NCBI GenBank assembly: GCA_051883075.1
Contig: JBJETA010000005.1
Span: forward strand, 8,126 to 72,125
Direction of reading: 5' to 3'
DNA from: Anaerovoracaceae bacterium
Lineage (GTDB): Bacteria > Bacillota > Clostridia > Peptostreptococcales > Anaerovoracaceae
Length of the DNA: 64,000 bases
The notes beneath the pieces are model-generated. The model did no database searches. It was not told the origin of the DNA and saw nothing but the letters and a program-made list of their open reading frames with translations. This document shows positions 28,495 through 38,175 of this stretch, in pieces. How positions within the stretch are numbered: position 1 is the first letter of the stretch; every line of letters begins with the position of its first letter. The translations under genes and the position numbers were made by a program.

Positions 28495-30612
28495 TTATGG
28501 AAGATAATTAAACGGATTCTTAGCTGTTCCGTTTATCTGAACCTCAAAGTGAAGGTGAGGTCCCGTACTTCTTCCTGTGCTTCCTACATTTGCGATATGC
28601 TGTCCCTGGAAAACTCTGTCGCCTTTCTTTACAAAAAGCTTACTGCAGTGTGCGTATACTGTAACCATATTTCCGCCGTGGTTAATCTTAACCACATATC
28701 CGTAAGAACCGCTGTAGCCTGCAAAGATTACTGTTCCTCCGTCAGCCGCACTTATCCTTGTTCCTGTTGAGCATGCCATATCAATACCCGAATGCATTCT
28801 TCCCCATCTTGGTCCGAACTTTGATGTCAGTCTGTAACCCGAAACAGGATAAATAAGCTTTCCTGTTCCCTGCTTTGGAGGAACAGGTTTTGTTCCCCTG
28901 ATTACAACTTCTGTCGTAGGCTCTGAAAGAACAGTTGCCGCAAGCTCAGTAGATGCCACCTGCACACCGTTTTCCCTTACGATTCTTGCAGTTACTTCCT
29001 TCTCACCGTCAACACCTTTAACCTTTGTACTTGTTTCACCCTTATAAAGGGATGCTGAGTCCTGATATTCCGTTTCATGCGGTATCGGTGCAATATATGT
29101 TGCAACTTCAACAGTTTCAACTGTAACCATCGGTGCAGGCTTTGTCAGAATAAGCTCCTGTCCAATGCTGAGTTTTTCCGGAGTTACCGCCGGATTTGCC
29201 TCTCTCAGCTCACTTATAGTCAGTCCATATGCCTTGGCTATACCTGAAAAAGTCTCGCCCGCCGCAACAGTATGAACCTGCTTGTAAACAGCACCTGTCA
29301 AAAGCTTCTGCATAACATCATCTATGTTCTGCAGACGGCCAAGCTTTGTTTCAACCTGTTTTATCTTTACATCCTCTTTTATGCTGACCTTTTCATAATT
29401 AACATTTTCCGAATCCGTAATATAGACACTTTTGACCGCTTCCAGAATACTTTTTGCAGTTTCCTTGCTGTCCACTATAGCTGCTCTTGTGTCGCCGACA
29501 TATATTGCATAGCCCTTCGCATTCATATTACGCATATATGTCAGTCTTTTCAGCACCTGTTCGGTATCATCTATATTTTTATTTACAGCAAACACTCTTT
29601 TAAAAGTAATGTCCTCATCCCTGTCAATAGAAATTTCGGCATTGTGTTCCTTTGAAAGCTGTTCACTGAGAATGTCCACAATTCTAAGTACATCCTCCTG
29701 CTTTTTTACCATGCCCAGAGTTCTTCCGTTGTACGCATATTCATACGCTGTACAATAGTTAAATACCGATACACAGAATATTGCAACAACCACCGCTGAA
29801 GCAAATATGAAAAGCAGCCTTTTTTTATTTATTTCTGCCCATTCTCTTGCAAAATTGAATTTTCTGTTGCCCTTTTTAACTATTATGTTTGTCTTATCTG
29901 CAATTTCATCATTTTTATCATCCATGCGGTTTATAAAACGGACCATTTTCTTTGCCGCTTCTTTTTCCCGTTCAATGAAATTGTTTTTCGCAGTAATAAA
30001 CCGTCTCATCAGCCTTCGGTTTTTCTGATGTCTTTCCCATTTCTTATCGGGATTTTCCGCATAGTATGTATCCATTTTATATGTCAGGCTCTTTTTAAGC
30101 CACGCACATCCCATGCTTACACTTGTGCAGGAAGCCTTCAGTTCTTCCTTCATGCTTTCAAAAAGGCTTTCCCCCATCCCTCCAAAGGCAAGGAAAAAGG
30201 AGCCTATGCCGCCATGTATTTTGGCAAAGCCATCCAGAAAGCTGTCAAAGATTCGTGAAATGCGAGTTTCTCTTTTCTCTGCCGCTGTCTTAACCTCTCT
30301 GCTTTCAACAGCTTCAACTTTTTCGTTTGTAACAGCAGCCTGTTTTGATGCCTCTGAAAAAGCCTCCTGACAAGCTTTTTCATTTTCTTCTGCATCAATC
30401 TGCTCCTGAAGGGCTTTCGATCTCGCTGCCGCTTCCTCTTTTTTTCTTTTTAAATCTTCCTCTGCTCTTATCTCCGCAGGTGTTTTGGGAAAGCCCTTTA
30501 AAAAATCATCGCCGTTTTTTTCATTTCCGAGATTTTCAAGATCCTGAATAAGGCTTCCCGGTTTATTTCTGTTTTCTTTTTTATCTAAATCTTCTTTGAA
30601 GAATTTTGCCAT
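28495..30612 (-). CDS. M23 family metallopeptidase with LysM and G5-like domains, long charged N-terminal region and TM anchor
   Basis: M23 motifs (HSGIDMA, GYVVKINHG, GSTGRSTGPHLHFEV). LysM segment (HTVAAGETFSGIAKAYGLTISELREANP). A TM segment lies near residue 270. Confidence 0.85.
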   Translation of the reverse strand: MAKFFKEDLDKKENRNKPGSLIQDLENLGNEKNGDDFLKGFPKTPAEIRAEEDLKRKKEEAAARSKALQEQIDAEENEKACQEAFSEASKQAAVTNEKVEAVESREVKTAAEKRETRISRIFDSFLDGFAKIHGGIGSFFLAFGGMGESLFESMKEELKASCTSVSMGCAWLKKSLTYKMDTYYAENPDKKWERHQKNRRLMRRFITAKNNFIEREKEAAKKMVRFINRMDDKNDEIADKTNIIVKKGNRKFNFAREWAEINKKRLLFIFASAVVVAIFCVSVFNYCTAYEYAYNGRTLGMVKKQEDVLRIVDILSEQLSKEHNAEISIDRDEDITFKRVFAVNKNIDDTEQVLKRLTYMRNMNAKGYAIYVGDTRAAIVDSKETAKSILEAVKSVYITDSENVNYEKVSIKEDVKIKQVETKLGRLQNIDDVMQKLLTGAVYKQVHTVAAGETFSGIAKAYGLTISELREANPAVTPEKLSIGQELILTKPAPMVTVETVEVATYIAPIPHETEYQDSASLYKGETSTKVKGVDGEKEVTARIVRENGVQVASTELAATVLSEPTTEVVIRGTKPVPPKQGTGKLIYPVSGYRLTSKFGPRWGRMHSGIDMACSTGTRISAADGGTVIFAGYSGSYGYVVKINHGGNMVTVYAHCSKLFVKKGDRVFQGQHIANVGSTGRSTGPHLHFEVQINGTAKNPFNYLP

Positions 30613-31886
30613 AATTCCGCTTCGCTGAGCCTTTCATTGAAACAGCTGCAGCGTTCCCCCATATCATTTCTTCCTGTATCTTTACATTTACTGCATTTAT
30701 AGCTGACCTCCATATAGTCCACAGGGAAATTGTTTTCAGTAAGCTTAAATGCCTTTTCCTCTGCAAGTGCATCTATTTTCAGCCTGAAATTTTTCAGCTG
30801 CTCTTTTGCATTCGGTGCGCCCGAAACCATTATCCTGGACAATCTAATGCCAAGGCTCCTCATTTCTTCATCAATCCGTTTTATCTCAGGAAGCTTCTCA
30901 TAGATTTCCTCCCTATGCTCTGCCGCCTCATTCTCCGCCTTTTCACGAAGCATATCATAATAACGGAATACAACTGCCGCACTTACGGTTCTGCCGCTTC
31001 CTGCAGTCTGGGCAGAGCTTTCCCTGCCGCTTTGTCTGCTTTCTTCATTCCAGTTTTCCAATATTTTATTTACGTAATTGATGTTTGGATTTGAAATACC
31101 GCTTGTTTTCGCACATGCCTCAAGCACCTTTTCAAGCGTGCATCCCATATCCTGAAACCACCTGTCCATTATCAGCTTTTCCTGCTCGGTAGCATTTCTG
31201 TTAAAACCAAGCGCCTGCATAACCCTTTTGTATTGATAGTGTCTGCTGTCAACCTCCTGCAGATATTTTTCAACGTCTTCTTTATTGCGCAGGTCCTTTG
31301 CAATCCATTCCTTGAGAACTGCCCCTACATAATTTACGGAGTCCTTTTTTCTCATATTTTTACAGTAGGAATACGCATACAATATAAGTTCCGGTGAAGC
31401 TTCAAGCTCTTCCAGCCATGACAGCACAGTTACAGGCTCCTTGCCGGACAAAAGCTTCCCTTTTATCTTTTCTATATTTTCAAAAAGCTCCTTTACCTGT
31501 ACATCCACCAGCTTATCCTCAGCAGCTGAAGCTTTTTCTTTTTTGCTGCGCTTATGCTGTGGACAGTAAAGCTGCTCTTTAAGATTGACAAATTCCACAC
31601 AATAGTGGAACTTATCCTTCGGGTCCTCAAAATGCTTTATGACAACACCCATAGACTCCCAATATGTCCAGGCTTTGAGGACATCTTCTTCTTCCAAAGC
31701 AAGCTGCTTCGCTATGCTTTCATTATCCATATAATATCCTGCATTTGCATACATAAGCGCAAAAAGATAAATCTTCACATATTCAGCAGGAGCGCCTGCC
31801 ATATATTCACTTATAAATATATTTTCAACACTTGTATCCAAAAGGTATAGCTCGTTTGCTTTCTTTTTTATAAAATTACTCTGCAT
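30585..31886 (-). CDS. DnaD-domain replication protein fused to a helicase-loader N-terminal zinc module (no AAA+ domain)
   Basis: N-terminal DnaD-like region and two DnaB_2/DnaD C-terminal-type repeats (NYVGAVLKEW, NYVNKILENW). The C-terminal roughly 130 aa ends in YKCSKCKDTG...CSC. It lies directly downstream of the replicative helicase gene. Confidence 0.7.
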   Translation of the reverse strand: MQSNFIKKKANELYLLDTSVENIFISEYMAGAPAEYVKIYLFALMYANAGYYMDNESIAKQLALEEEDVLKAWTYWESMGVVIKHFEDPKDKFHYCVEFVNLKEQLYCPQHKRSKKEKASAAEDKLVDVQVKELFENIEKIKGKLLSGKEPVTVLSWLEELEASPELILYAYSYCKNMRKKDSVNYVGAVLKEWIAKDLRNKEDVEKYLQEVDSRHYQYKRVMQALGFNRNATEQEKLIMDRWFQDMGCTLEKVLEACAKTSGISNPNINYVNKILENWNEESRQSGRESSAQTAGSGRTVSAAVVFRYYDMLREKAENEAAEHREEIYEKLPEIKRIDEEMRSLGIRLSRIMVSGAPNAKEQLKNFRLKIDALAEEKAFKLTENNFPVDYMEVSYKCSKCKDTGRNDMGERCSCFNERLSEAELWQNSSKKI

Positions 31887-31909
31887 CCGTACCTTCTCAC
31901 TTTTCTATA

Positions 31910-33232
31910 TTAACCTAAATTGTTTTTATTCACAAATCTCGTGTACTTTCCTAACCATGTCAGCTCAACAGTTCCCGTAGGACCGCTTCGCTGCTTTGCA
32001 ATGATAACCTCACATACTCCCGGTTTTTCAGTTTCCGGGTTGTAATAATCATCCCTGTATAAAAACAACACAATATCCGCATCCTGCTCTATTGAGCCTG
32101 ATTCTCTTAAGTCAGACAAAATCGGTCTGTGGTCCATTCTCTGTTCAGGCGCACGGGAAAGCTGTGAAAGAAGTATAACCGGACAATCCATTTCTCTTGC
32201 GAGAAGCTTAAGCATTCTCGATAATGCCGAAATTTCCTGCTGACGGCTTTCATTTCTTCCTTCATAGTTCATAAGCTGCAAATAGTCAACGATAATCATA
32301 TCAAGACCCTTCTCAGCCTTCAGTCTTCTGCACTTGTTCTTCATTTCCATGATACTGATTCCCGGAGTATCATCAATGAATATATTTGCCTTTGAAAGGG
32401 TGTCCAGTCCGATGTTTATATCTTCCCAGTCTTTTCTCTCAAGCTGTCCGGTTTTAAGCTTCTGCATCTCAATCCTTGATTCCATGGAGAGAAGTCTTTG
32501 TCCCAATTCTTCCTTGCTCATTTCCAGACTGAAAATCAAAACGCTGGCATTTCCCTTTATTGCAGACTGCAATGCCACATTTAACGCAAAGGCTGTTTTT
32601 CCCATGGCAGGTCTTGCCGCAAGTATAATCAGGTTTGAGCGCTGAAATCCCGCAGTCTTTGCATCTAAGTCCACAAAGCCCGTAGGGATGCCCGTGATGT
32701 TTCCTTCCATCCTTGAGATTTCATCAATCATCTCCATGTTTGAAAGCAGGACATCCTGCAAAGGAGAATAATCCTTGCTCTGTTTCTTCTGCGCAATCTC
32801 GAAGATTCCTCTTTCAGCATGATCAAGGACGGTTTCAGCCTCCGTCTTTTCCTGATAACTCTCATCTATGATATCGCCTGCAGTTTTTATAAGGCTTCGC
32901 AATACTGCCTTTTCAGCAACAATCTTAGCGTACTGCACGGCATTTGATGTGGCAGGCACACCGCTTGGAAGAGAAGTCACATATGCTCTTCCGCCTACCA
33001 TTTCCAGTGCCTTCCTTTTTTTCAGTTCTTCTGCAACCGTCAGGGCATCTACCGGCTCATTTTTTTTGCATAATTCAGATATTGCCGTAAAAATCTCTTT
33101 ATGTATCTCACTGTAAAAGTCCTCCGCCTTTACAGTTTCCAATATATCAAACAGAGCATCTTTACTGAGCATGGCAGCTCCGAGAACCGATTTTTCCGCA
33201 TCGTCGTTATGCGGTGGAACTTTCTCTAACAT
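31910..33232 (-). CDS. dnaB: Replicative DNA helicase (DnaB family; DnaC in B. subtilis nomenclature)
   Basis: PPHNDDAEKSVLGA N-terminus, Walker A ARPAMGKT, Walker B IVDYLQL, and LSQLSR. Confidence 0.95.
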   Translation of the reverse strand: MLEKVPPHNDDAEKSVLGAAMLSKDALFDILETVKAEDFYSEIHKEIFTAISELCKKNEPVDALTVAEELKKRKALEMVGGRAYVTSLPSGVPATSNAVQYAKIVAEKAVLRSLIKTAGDIIDESYQEKTEAETVLDHAERGIFEIAQKKQSKDYSPLQDVLLSNMEMIDEISRMEGNITGIPTGFVDLDAKTAGFQRSNLIILAARPAMGKTAFALNVALQSAIKGNASVLIFSLEMSKEELGQRLLSMESRIEMQKLKTGQLERKDWEDINIGLDTLSKANIFIDDTPGISIMEMKNKCRRLKAEKGLDMIIVDYLQLMNYEGRNESRQQEISALSRMLKLLAREMDCPVILLSQLSRAPEQRMDHRPILSDLRESGSIEQDADIVLFLYRDDYYNPETEKPGVCEVIIAKQRSGPTGTVELTWLGKYTRFVNKNNLG

Positions 33233-33249
33233 ACGATGTTCTCCTGATT

Positions 33250-33693
33250 CTAAATTGAAACTTTTACATTTACTACACCCGGTACTTCTGTGTAAAGCTT
33301 AACCTCTACCTTGAAATCCCCTGTAGTTTTTATAGGATTTTCCATAACGAATTTTTTCTTGTCAATGTCTATATTGTGCTGCTTTTTAAGCGCCTCTGAA
33401 ATATCCTTTGATGTGATGGAACCGAACAGTCTGCCGCCTTCGCCTCCCTTAGTCTCAATATTTACGGTAAGCTCCTTCAGCTTTTCTGCAAGCTGCTGTG
33501 CCGCAGCCTTTTCTGCGGCTCTCTTTTCAGCCGCAATAGCCTTCTGCTTTTCAAGGCTTCTTACATTGCCCTCGGTAGCTTCCTTTGCAAGGCCCTTTGG
33601 AATAAGCATATTTCTTGCATATCCGTCATTAACCTTTACAACATCTCCTGCTTTTCCCGAACCTTTTACATCTTTCAATAATATTACAACCAT
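33250..33693 (-). CDS. rplI: 50S ribosomal protein L9
   Basis: [29 protein letters not shown]-terminus, 147 aa. Confidence 0.95.
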   Translation of the reverse strand: MVVILLKDVKGSGKAGDVVKVNDGYARNMLIPKGLAKEATEGNVRSLEKQKAIAAEKRAAEKAAAQQLAEKLKELTVNIETKGGEGGRLFGSITSKDISEALKKQHNIDIDKKKFVMENPIKTTGDFKVEVKLYTEVPGVVNVKVSI

Positions 33694-33694
33694 T

Positions 33695-35527
33695 TTATTT
33701 CTCCTCCTTGTTCTTAGCCATATCGTTTTCTATGACCTCTTCAATCTGCTTCAGCGCTTCTTCAGGGCTGCAGCTTACCTGAGCTCCCGCAGTAGTCAGA
33801 TGACCGCCGCCGCCCAGCTTTTCCATAACCGTCTGCACATTCATTGCCCCGAGTGAACGTGCACTTATGACAGTTACACCCTTCTCATTCACACCTGCCA
33901 CGAAACTGCCTTTTACGCCTTTAATAGTCAGCAGATCATCTGCAGCCTGTGAGTTTATAACCTGTATATCCGGGTGGTTGCCTCTGCTTATGCTATAAGC
34001 AATACCGCCCTGCTTTATCTCTGCATTCGCTATGCAGTTTGCTTTAATCTTGATAGCGTCCACATCGGTCTGGAAAAATCTCTTTACCTCAGTAGTATCT
34101 GCACCTGCCCTTCTCAGCCATGATGCGGCTTCAAAGGTTCTTACGCCGGTCTTTACCGCAAATCTGTTTGTGTCCATGGAAATGCCCGCAAGCAGTCCCT
34201 CCACCTCAAGCTTTGCCAGATCCTTTCTCTCAACGGAATACTGCAGTATCTCAGTTACAAGCTCCGCTGTTGAGGATGCATACGGCTCCATATACGAAAG
34301 AGTGGCATTTTCTATGCATTCCTCTGCTTTTCTGTGATGGTCAATAACAACTATCTTCTCTGTAAGCTCCAGAAGCTCACGGCACTCTGCCAGACTTGGT
34401 CTGTGTGTATCAAGAACAACCACTAGGGTATCATTATCCACCATTGAGATAGCCTTTTCGCTGCTTATGAACTCATAGTCCCCTGTTTCCTTTGCCTGGT
34501 TAAAAATAGCGGCAAGCGTATCAAAATAATTGTTTATAACTATATACGCATCTTTGTTTCTGTTTTCGACTATCCTGTGTATGCCCAGCGCTGCTCCGAA
34601 GGAGTCCATATCAGGGTTTTTGTGTCCCATGATAACAACCTTATCAGACTGGTCTATGAGCTGTTTTATGGCATGGGCGATAATCCTTGATTTCCCCTTG
34701 TTTCCTTTTTCAACGGTCTGCATCTTTCCGCCGAAATACTCAAGCGAAGTTCCGTTTTTCAGAACAGCCTGGTCACCGCCCCTTCCAAGAGCAAGGTCAA
34801 GTGCCGCAAGGGCAAACTGCTCAGTCTGTGAAGGGGTTTTTCCTCCCGCACCGATTCCGATGCTCAATGTGACAGGGAAATCTGCCTCCGTTTCAACCTC
34901 TCTTATATCATCAAGTATTGAAAACTTATTTTCCACAACCTTTTCAAGGTAGCTGTTTTCAAAAACCATCAGATAGAGATTGTTTTTATATCTTGTAATG
35001 GACGCATTTCCCCTTGCCGCCCACTGTCTTACGACTTTATCTATTTCTGTTGATACAGACATCTTCTTATCATCGGAAGTGCTTGATGTAAGCTCATCAT
35101 AGTTATCAACATTGATTACCGCCAGACACAGCTTCCGGTCATTTGACTGCTCCTTGAGTCTTTCCAGCTCGGTAATGTCCTCAAAATAAATAATTGCATG
35201 GATATCTTCACTGCTTTCCAGCCTGTTGACACTGATTTTAAAAATTTTGTCATTCCTTAATATGGTAATGTTCTTTTCGTTTACGTCCTCCGCAAAAAAT
35301 TCTCCGCATTTAATGCCCGTAAGCGCAAAAATATCCGCATCCTTGATGCCGTCGTATTTAAATACATCACTAATTTTTTTGCTGGCGCGTGTAACCTTTC
35401 CCTGTTCATTGATTATACACATAGGGAAAGGCAGGTATTCGGACAGCAGCTTCTCTATCCTCTTCTCTCTTCCCTTCTTTTCCAACATATTATCTTCCAT
35501 AGCAAATTCCTCTTTCTCAGATATCAT
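33695..35527 (-). CDS. gdpP: DHH/DHHA1 phosphodiesterase with PAS and degenerate GGDEF domains (GdpP/YybT-like c-di-AMP phosphodiesterase), apparently lacking N-terminal TM helices
   Basis: DHH motifs ([19 protein letters not shown]), a degenerate GGDEF segment, and yybS-gdpP-rplI-dnaB synteny. Confidence 0.85.
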   Translation of the reverse strand: MISEKEEFAMEDNMLEKKGREKRIEKLLSEYLPFPMCIINEQGKVTRASKKISDVFKYDGIKDADIFALTGIKCGEFFAEDVNEKNITILRNDKIFKISVNRLESSEDIHAIIYFEDITELERLKEQSNDRKLCLAVINVDNYDELTSSTSDDKKMSVSTEIDKVVRQWAARGNASITRYKNNLYLMVFENSYLEKVVENKFSILDDIREVETEADFPVTLSIGIGAGGKTPSQTEQFALAALDLALGRGGDQAVLKNGTSLEYFGGKMQTVEKGNKGKSRIIAHAIKQLIDQSDKVVIMGHKNPDMDSFGAALGIHRIVENRNKDAYIVINNYFDTLAAIFNQAKETGDYEFISSEKAISMVDNDTLVVVLDTHRPSLAECRELLELTEKIVVIDHHRKAEECIENATLSYMEPYASSTAELVTEILQYSVERKDLAKLEVEGLLAGISMDTNRFAVKTGVRTFEAASWLRRAGADTTEVKRFFQTDVDAIKIKANCIANAEIKQGGIAYSISRGNHPDIQVINSQAADDLLTIKGVKGSFVAGVNEKGVTVISARSLGAMNVQTVMEKLGGGGHLTTAGAQVSCSPEEALKQIEEVIENDMAKNKEEK

Positions 35528-35532
35528 TTACA

Positions 35533-36276
35533 CTAATGCTTTGTTATGGCTTTTCTCAGACCAAAACCTAAATCAAGAAAACCCAGCAGGCTGAGCATAA
35601 GCTGGCCTATCGCCGTAGGATAAAACAACGCACACAGCAGGACCGGCACTATGACAGGAAGCTTCTTCTGATGACAGAAATAAAAGATTACCGCCATGCC
35701 CTGAATCTGGAAAACAAACTGGAAAAGAACCTGAATATTGGCCTCCAGAACATTGCTTCCTGCTATGTCCAGCACTACCGCTATCAACGTCATAAGATAA
35801 ATAAGCACCCATCCCCACAGTGCCGTTTTCGGAAGAGTGAACTCATGAAACGGTGTAAGCATAGGCAAAGGATTTTTCATCTTACGGCTAAGCTTTGAAA
35901 CAATCCTGTATTCAAAATATGACAAAACAGTGCACCATACCAATATGACAGCCGGCAGTGCATTGATTGTATAGGTATATACACTTGTAAGTGCGGCTAC
36001 CCTTTCCGAAGCTGATGCATCCTCCATACCAAGCATATTTACCAGCATCTCATTTTGTGCTGCCGCTTCCGCAAAGATATGAAGGTCCCCTGCAATGAGC
36101 TTCCCAATGGGATGGCCGGAAGCCGCCGCAATGCAGAACATCAGCAGCATTGCCATCGCCACAGACATGACGCCCTCAAAAATCGCCCTGTACCCACTGC
36201 CGCTTTTCCTGCCTGTAGCTGCCATGACAGGAAGTGGCAGAAATACCAATAATGAAAATATAATCAATGTATACAT
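35533..36276 (-). CDS. YybS-like polytopic membrane protein (DUF2232-type)
   Basis: Multi-TM protein directly upstream of gdpP, as in the Bacillus yybS-yybT arrangement. Confidence 0.65.
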   Translation of the reverse strand: MYTLIIFSLLVFLPLPVMAATGRKSGSGYRAIFEGVMSVAMAMLLMFCIAAASGHPIGKLIAGDLHIFAEAAAQNEMLVNMLGMEDASASERVAALTSVYTYTINALPAVILVWCTVLSYFEYRIVSKLSRKMKNPLPMLTPFHEFTLPKTALWGWVLIYLMTLIAVVLDIAGSNVLEANIQVLFQFVFQIQGMAVIFYFCHQKKLPVIVPVLLCALFYPTAIGQLMLSLLGFLDLGFGLRKAITKH

Positions 36277-36492
36277 ATACTTCTCCCTATTCTATAACTT
36301 ATTAAGTATACCATAAAATGATTACTATTTCAAACCACTACATATAGGCAATTCAAGGCTTCTAAGTAGTATATATCCTTTTTATTGATTTGCCTTCATA
36401 ATTATTGACAGTCCTATTCCTGATAATGATATAATGGCTTATATACATAAGGAACAGGTGTACCATCTGATTTAGTTTTATCAAAGGTAGAT

Positions 36493-36860
36493 ATGTCTGC
36501 TGTTGAGTTTTGGTATGCACGTGAATTAATGCCGTTGCTCGGATATGAACGATGGGAGAATTTTGACAAAGCTATTTCTCGTGCAATGGATTCCTGTGAA
36601 ACCAGTGGCATAGAGGTTTCAGACCATTTTCGTGAGGTCACGAAAATGGTTCCTTTGGGTAGTGGTGCACAAAGGTCAGTTAAGGACTATATGCTTACTC
36701 GTTATGCTTGTTATTTGATTGCACAGAACGGTGATCCCCCCCTTCCGAGGATATTAAGAAACTGGAGCGACGTGTAAAGTCACAGGAGAAGAAATTAGCG
36801 GCACAGGCAGGAAAATTGCCTGAGTCAACAGCGGATGGAGATGTGGATGACGGCGAATAA
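36493..36860 (+). pseudogene. Remnant of a DNA damage-inducible protein D (dinD) family gene with internal deletion and frameshift
   Basis: The N-terminal part (EFWYARELMPLLGYERWENF...RYACYLIAQNGDP) is in one frame up to a C7 tract. A C-terminal-like tail (EDIKKLERRVKSQEKKL...) continues in another frame and ends at TAA 36858-36860. About 170 central codees appear to be missing. Confidence 0.65.
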
Positions 36861-36929
36861 ATTGGAACTTACATGGTATAAAAAAGCGAGCCTATTTGCA
36901 TTGGACATTATAAAAAATAAAAATAAAAA

Positions 36930-36966
36930 ATCCCTAGACCTTTAGAATTTCCAATAGTCTAGGGAT
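36930..36966 (-). terminator. Intrinsic terminator of the rpsF-ssb-rpsR operon
   Basis: On the minus strand, ATCCCTAGAC ... GTCTAGGGAT is followed by TTTTTTATTTTTATTTTTT. Confidence 0.85.
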
Positions 36967-36986
36967 TAAAAATCTAATTATTTAAA

Positions 36987-37220
36987 TTAGTCAGCTACGT
37001 AAGGAAGTAAAGCAACGATTCTTGCTCTCTTGATAGCCTTAGTAACTTCTCTCTGGTGAATAGCACAAGTACCTGTGATTCTCTTAGGAAGGATCTTACC
37101 TCTTTCAGTAACATACTTCTTTAGCTTATCAACATCCTTGTAATCTATAGCTTCTGTCTTGTCGGCACAGAACTGACAAACTTTCTTTCTTCTCATGCCG
37201 CCACGTCTCTTATCCATCAT
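36987..37220 (-). CDS. rpsR: 30S ribosomal protein S18
   Basis: 77 aa with KKVCQFC...IDYKD and [14 protein letters not shown]. Confidence 0.95.
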   Translation of the reverse strand: MMDKRRGGMRRKKVCQFCADKTEAIDYKDVDKLKKYVTERGKILPKRITGTCAIHQREVTKAIKRARIVALLPYVAD

Positions 37221-37277
37221 AGTTTTCGCTCTCCTTTCATAAAATATGAGCGAGGTTCTACCTCAATCCGCAGATGC

Positions 37278-37718
37278 TTAGAACGGTAAATCATCATCAT
37301 CCAAAGAAGAAAATCCTTCAGGGATAGATGAATCCTCCATCGGCTCAAAGCCAGTAGGCACTGATGAATTGTCAAATCCGCCTTGTCCTCTGTCATTATC
37401 GCTTCTGCTTCCTAAAAACTCTACTCTGTCAGCTACAACATCAGTAGTATACACCTTTGTGCCATCCTGCTTTGTATAGCTTCCTGTCTGTATTCTTCCC
37501 TGTACCGCAACCTGCTGGCCTTTTTTTACAAAACGCTCAACAAGCTCTGCAGTCTTGCCAAATGCAACAATACTTGGGAAATCTGTCTGTCTTTCTTTCC
37601 CCTGCCCTACCGGTCTGTCAATCGCAAGAGTAAATCTCGCTACAGCCATCTGAGTGCTCGGAGTGTATCTAACTTCGGGGTCTCTTGTAAGTCGTCCGAT
37701 AAGAACTACATTATTCAT
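37278..37718 (-). CDS. ssb: Single-stranded DNA-binding protein
   Basis: MNNVVLIGRLTRDPEVRYT OB-fold N-terminus, a Gly-rich linker and an acidic tail DDDLPF. Confidence 0.95.
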   Translation of the reverse strand: MNNVVLIGRLTRDPEVRYTPSTQMAVARFTLAIDRPVGQGKERQTDFPSIVAFGKTAELVERFVKKGQQVAVQGRIQTGSYTKQDGTKVYTTDVVADRVEFLGSRSDNDRGQGGFDNSSVPTGFEPMEDSSIPEGFSSLDDDDLPF

Positions 37719-37738
37719 GTTTCAATCCCCCCTATTTC

Positions 37739-38026
37739 CTATTTTTCGTCTTTGTTTACGATTAGATGTCTCATAACTGCATCTGAGATTCTAAGTCTTC
37801 TGTCAAGTTCTTTTGGAAGATTTCTTCCTGCCTTGAACTCAACTACAACATAGTAACCTTCGTTCTTCTTCTGGATTGGGTAAGCAAGCTTTCTCATGCC
37901 CCAAACATCTACGTTACCAACCTCACCATCAGCAGCGATGATAGTCTTTACAGTTTCAACAACTGCATCCTTCTTCGCATCTTCTAATGTAGGGTCGATA
38001 ATGAACATTACTTCGTAATTTGTCAT
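37739..38026 (-). CDS. rpsF: 30S ribosomal protein S6
   Basis: MTNYEVMFII... The start is set at ATG 38026 after GGGAGGTG. The ORF track's 38080 start adds 18 unsupported residues. Confidence 0.95.
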   Translation of the reverse strand: MTNYEVMFIIDPTLEDAKKDAVVETVKTIIAADGEVGNVDVWGMRKLAYPIQKKNEGYYVVVEFKAGRNLPKELDRRLRISDAVMRHLIVNKDEK

Positions 38027-38175
38027 TCTTTTCACCTCCCTATGGACTTTTGGTGCAGGCATCCCCTGCACAGAGATCATTGATTTTCCGTTATGAAATA
38101 TATTTTCATAAAATCATGCCTTTTAATTATACTACTTTTTTGGACAAATGCAAGAACTTTTTATCCAAAGTTTGT

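Noticed and set aside
36414-36641. A 75-aa minus-strand ORF in the yybS-rpsR gap.
   Set aside because: It is antisense to the recognisable DinD-like reading frame, has no RBS and has no similarity to anything I recognise.
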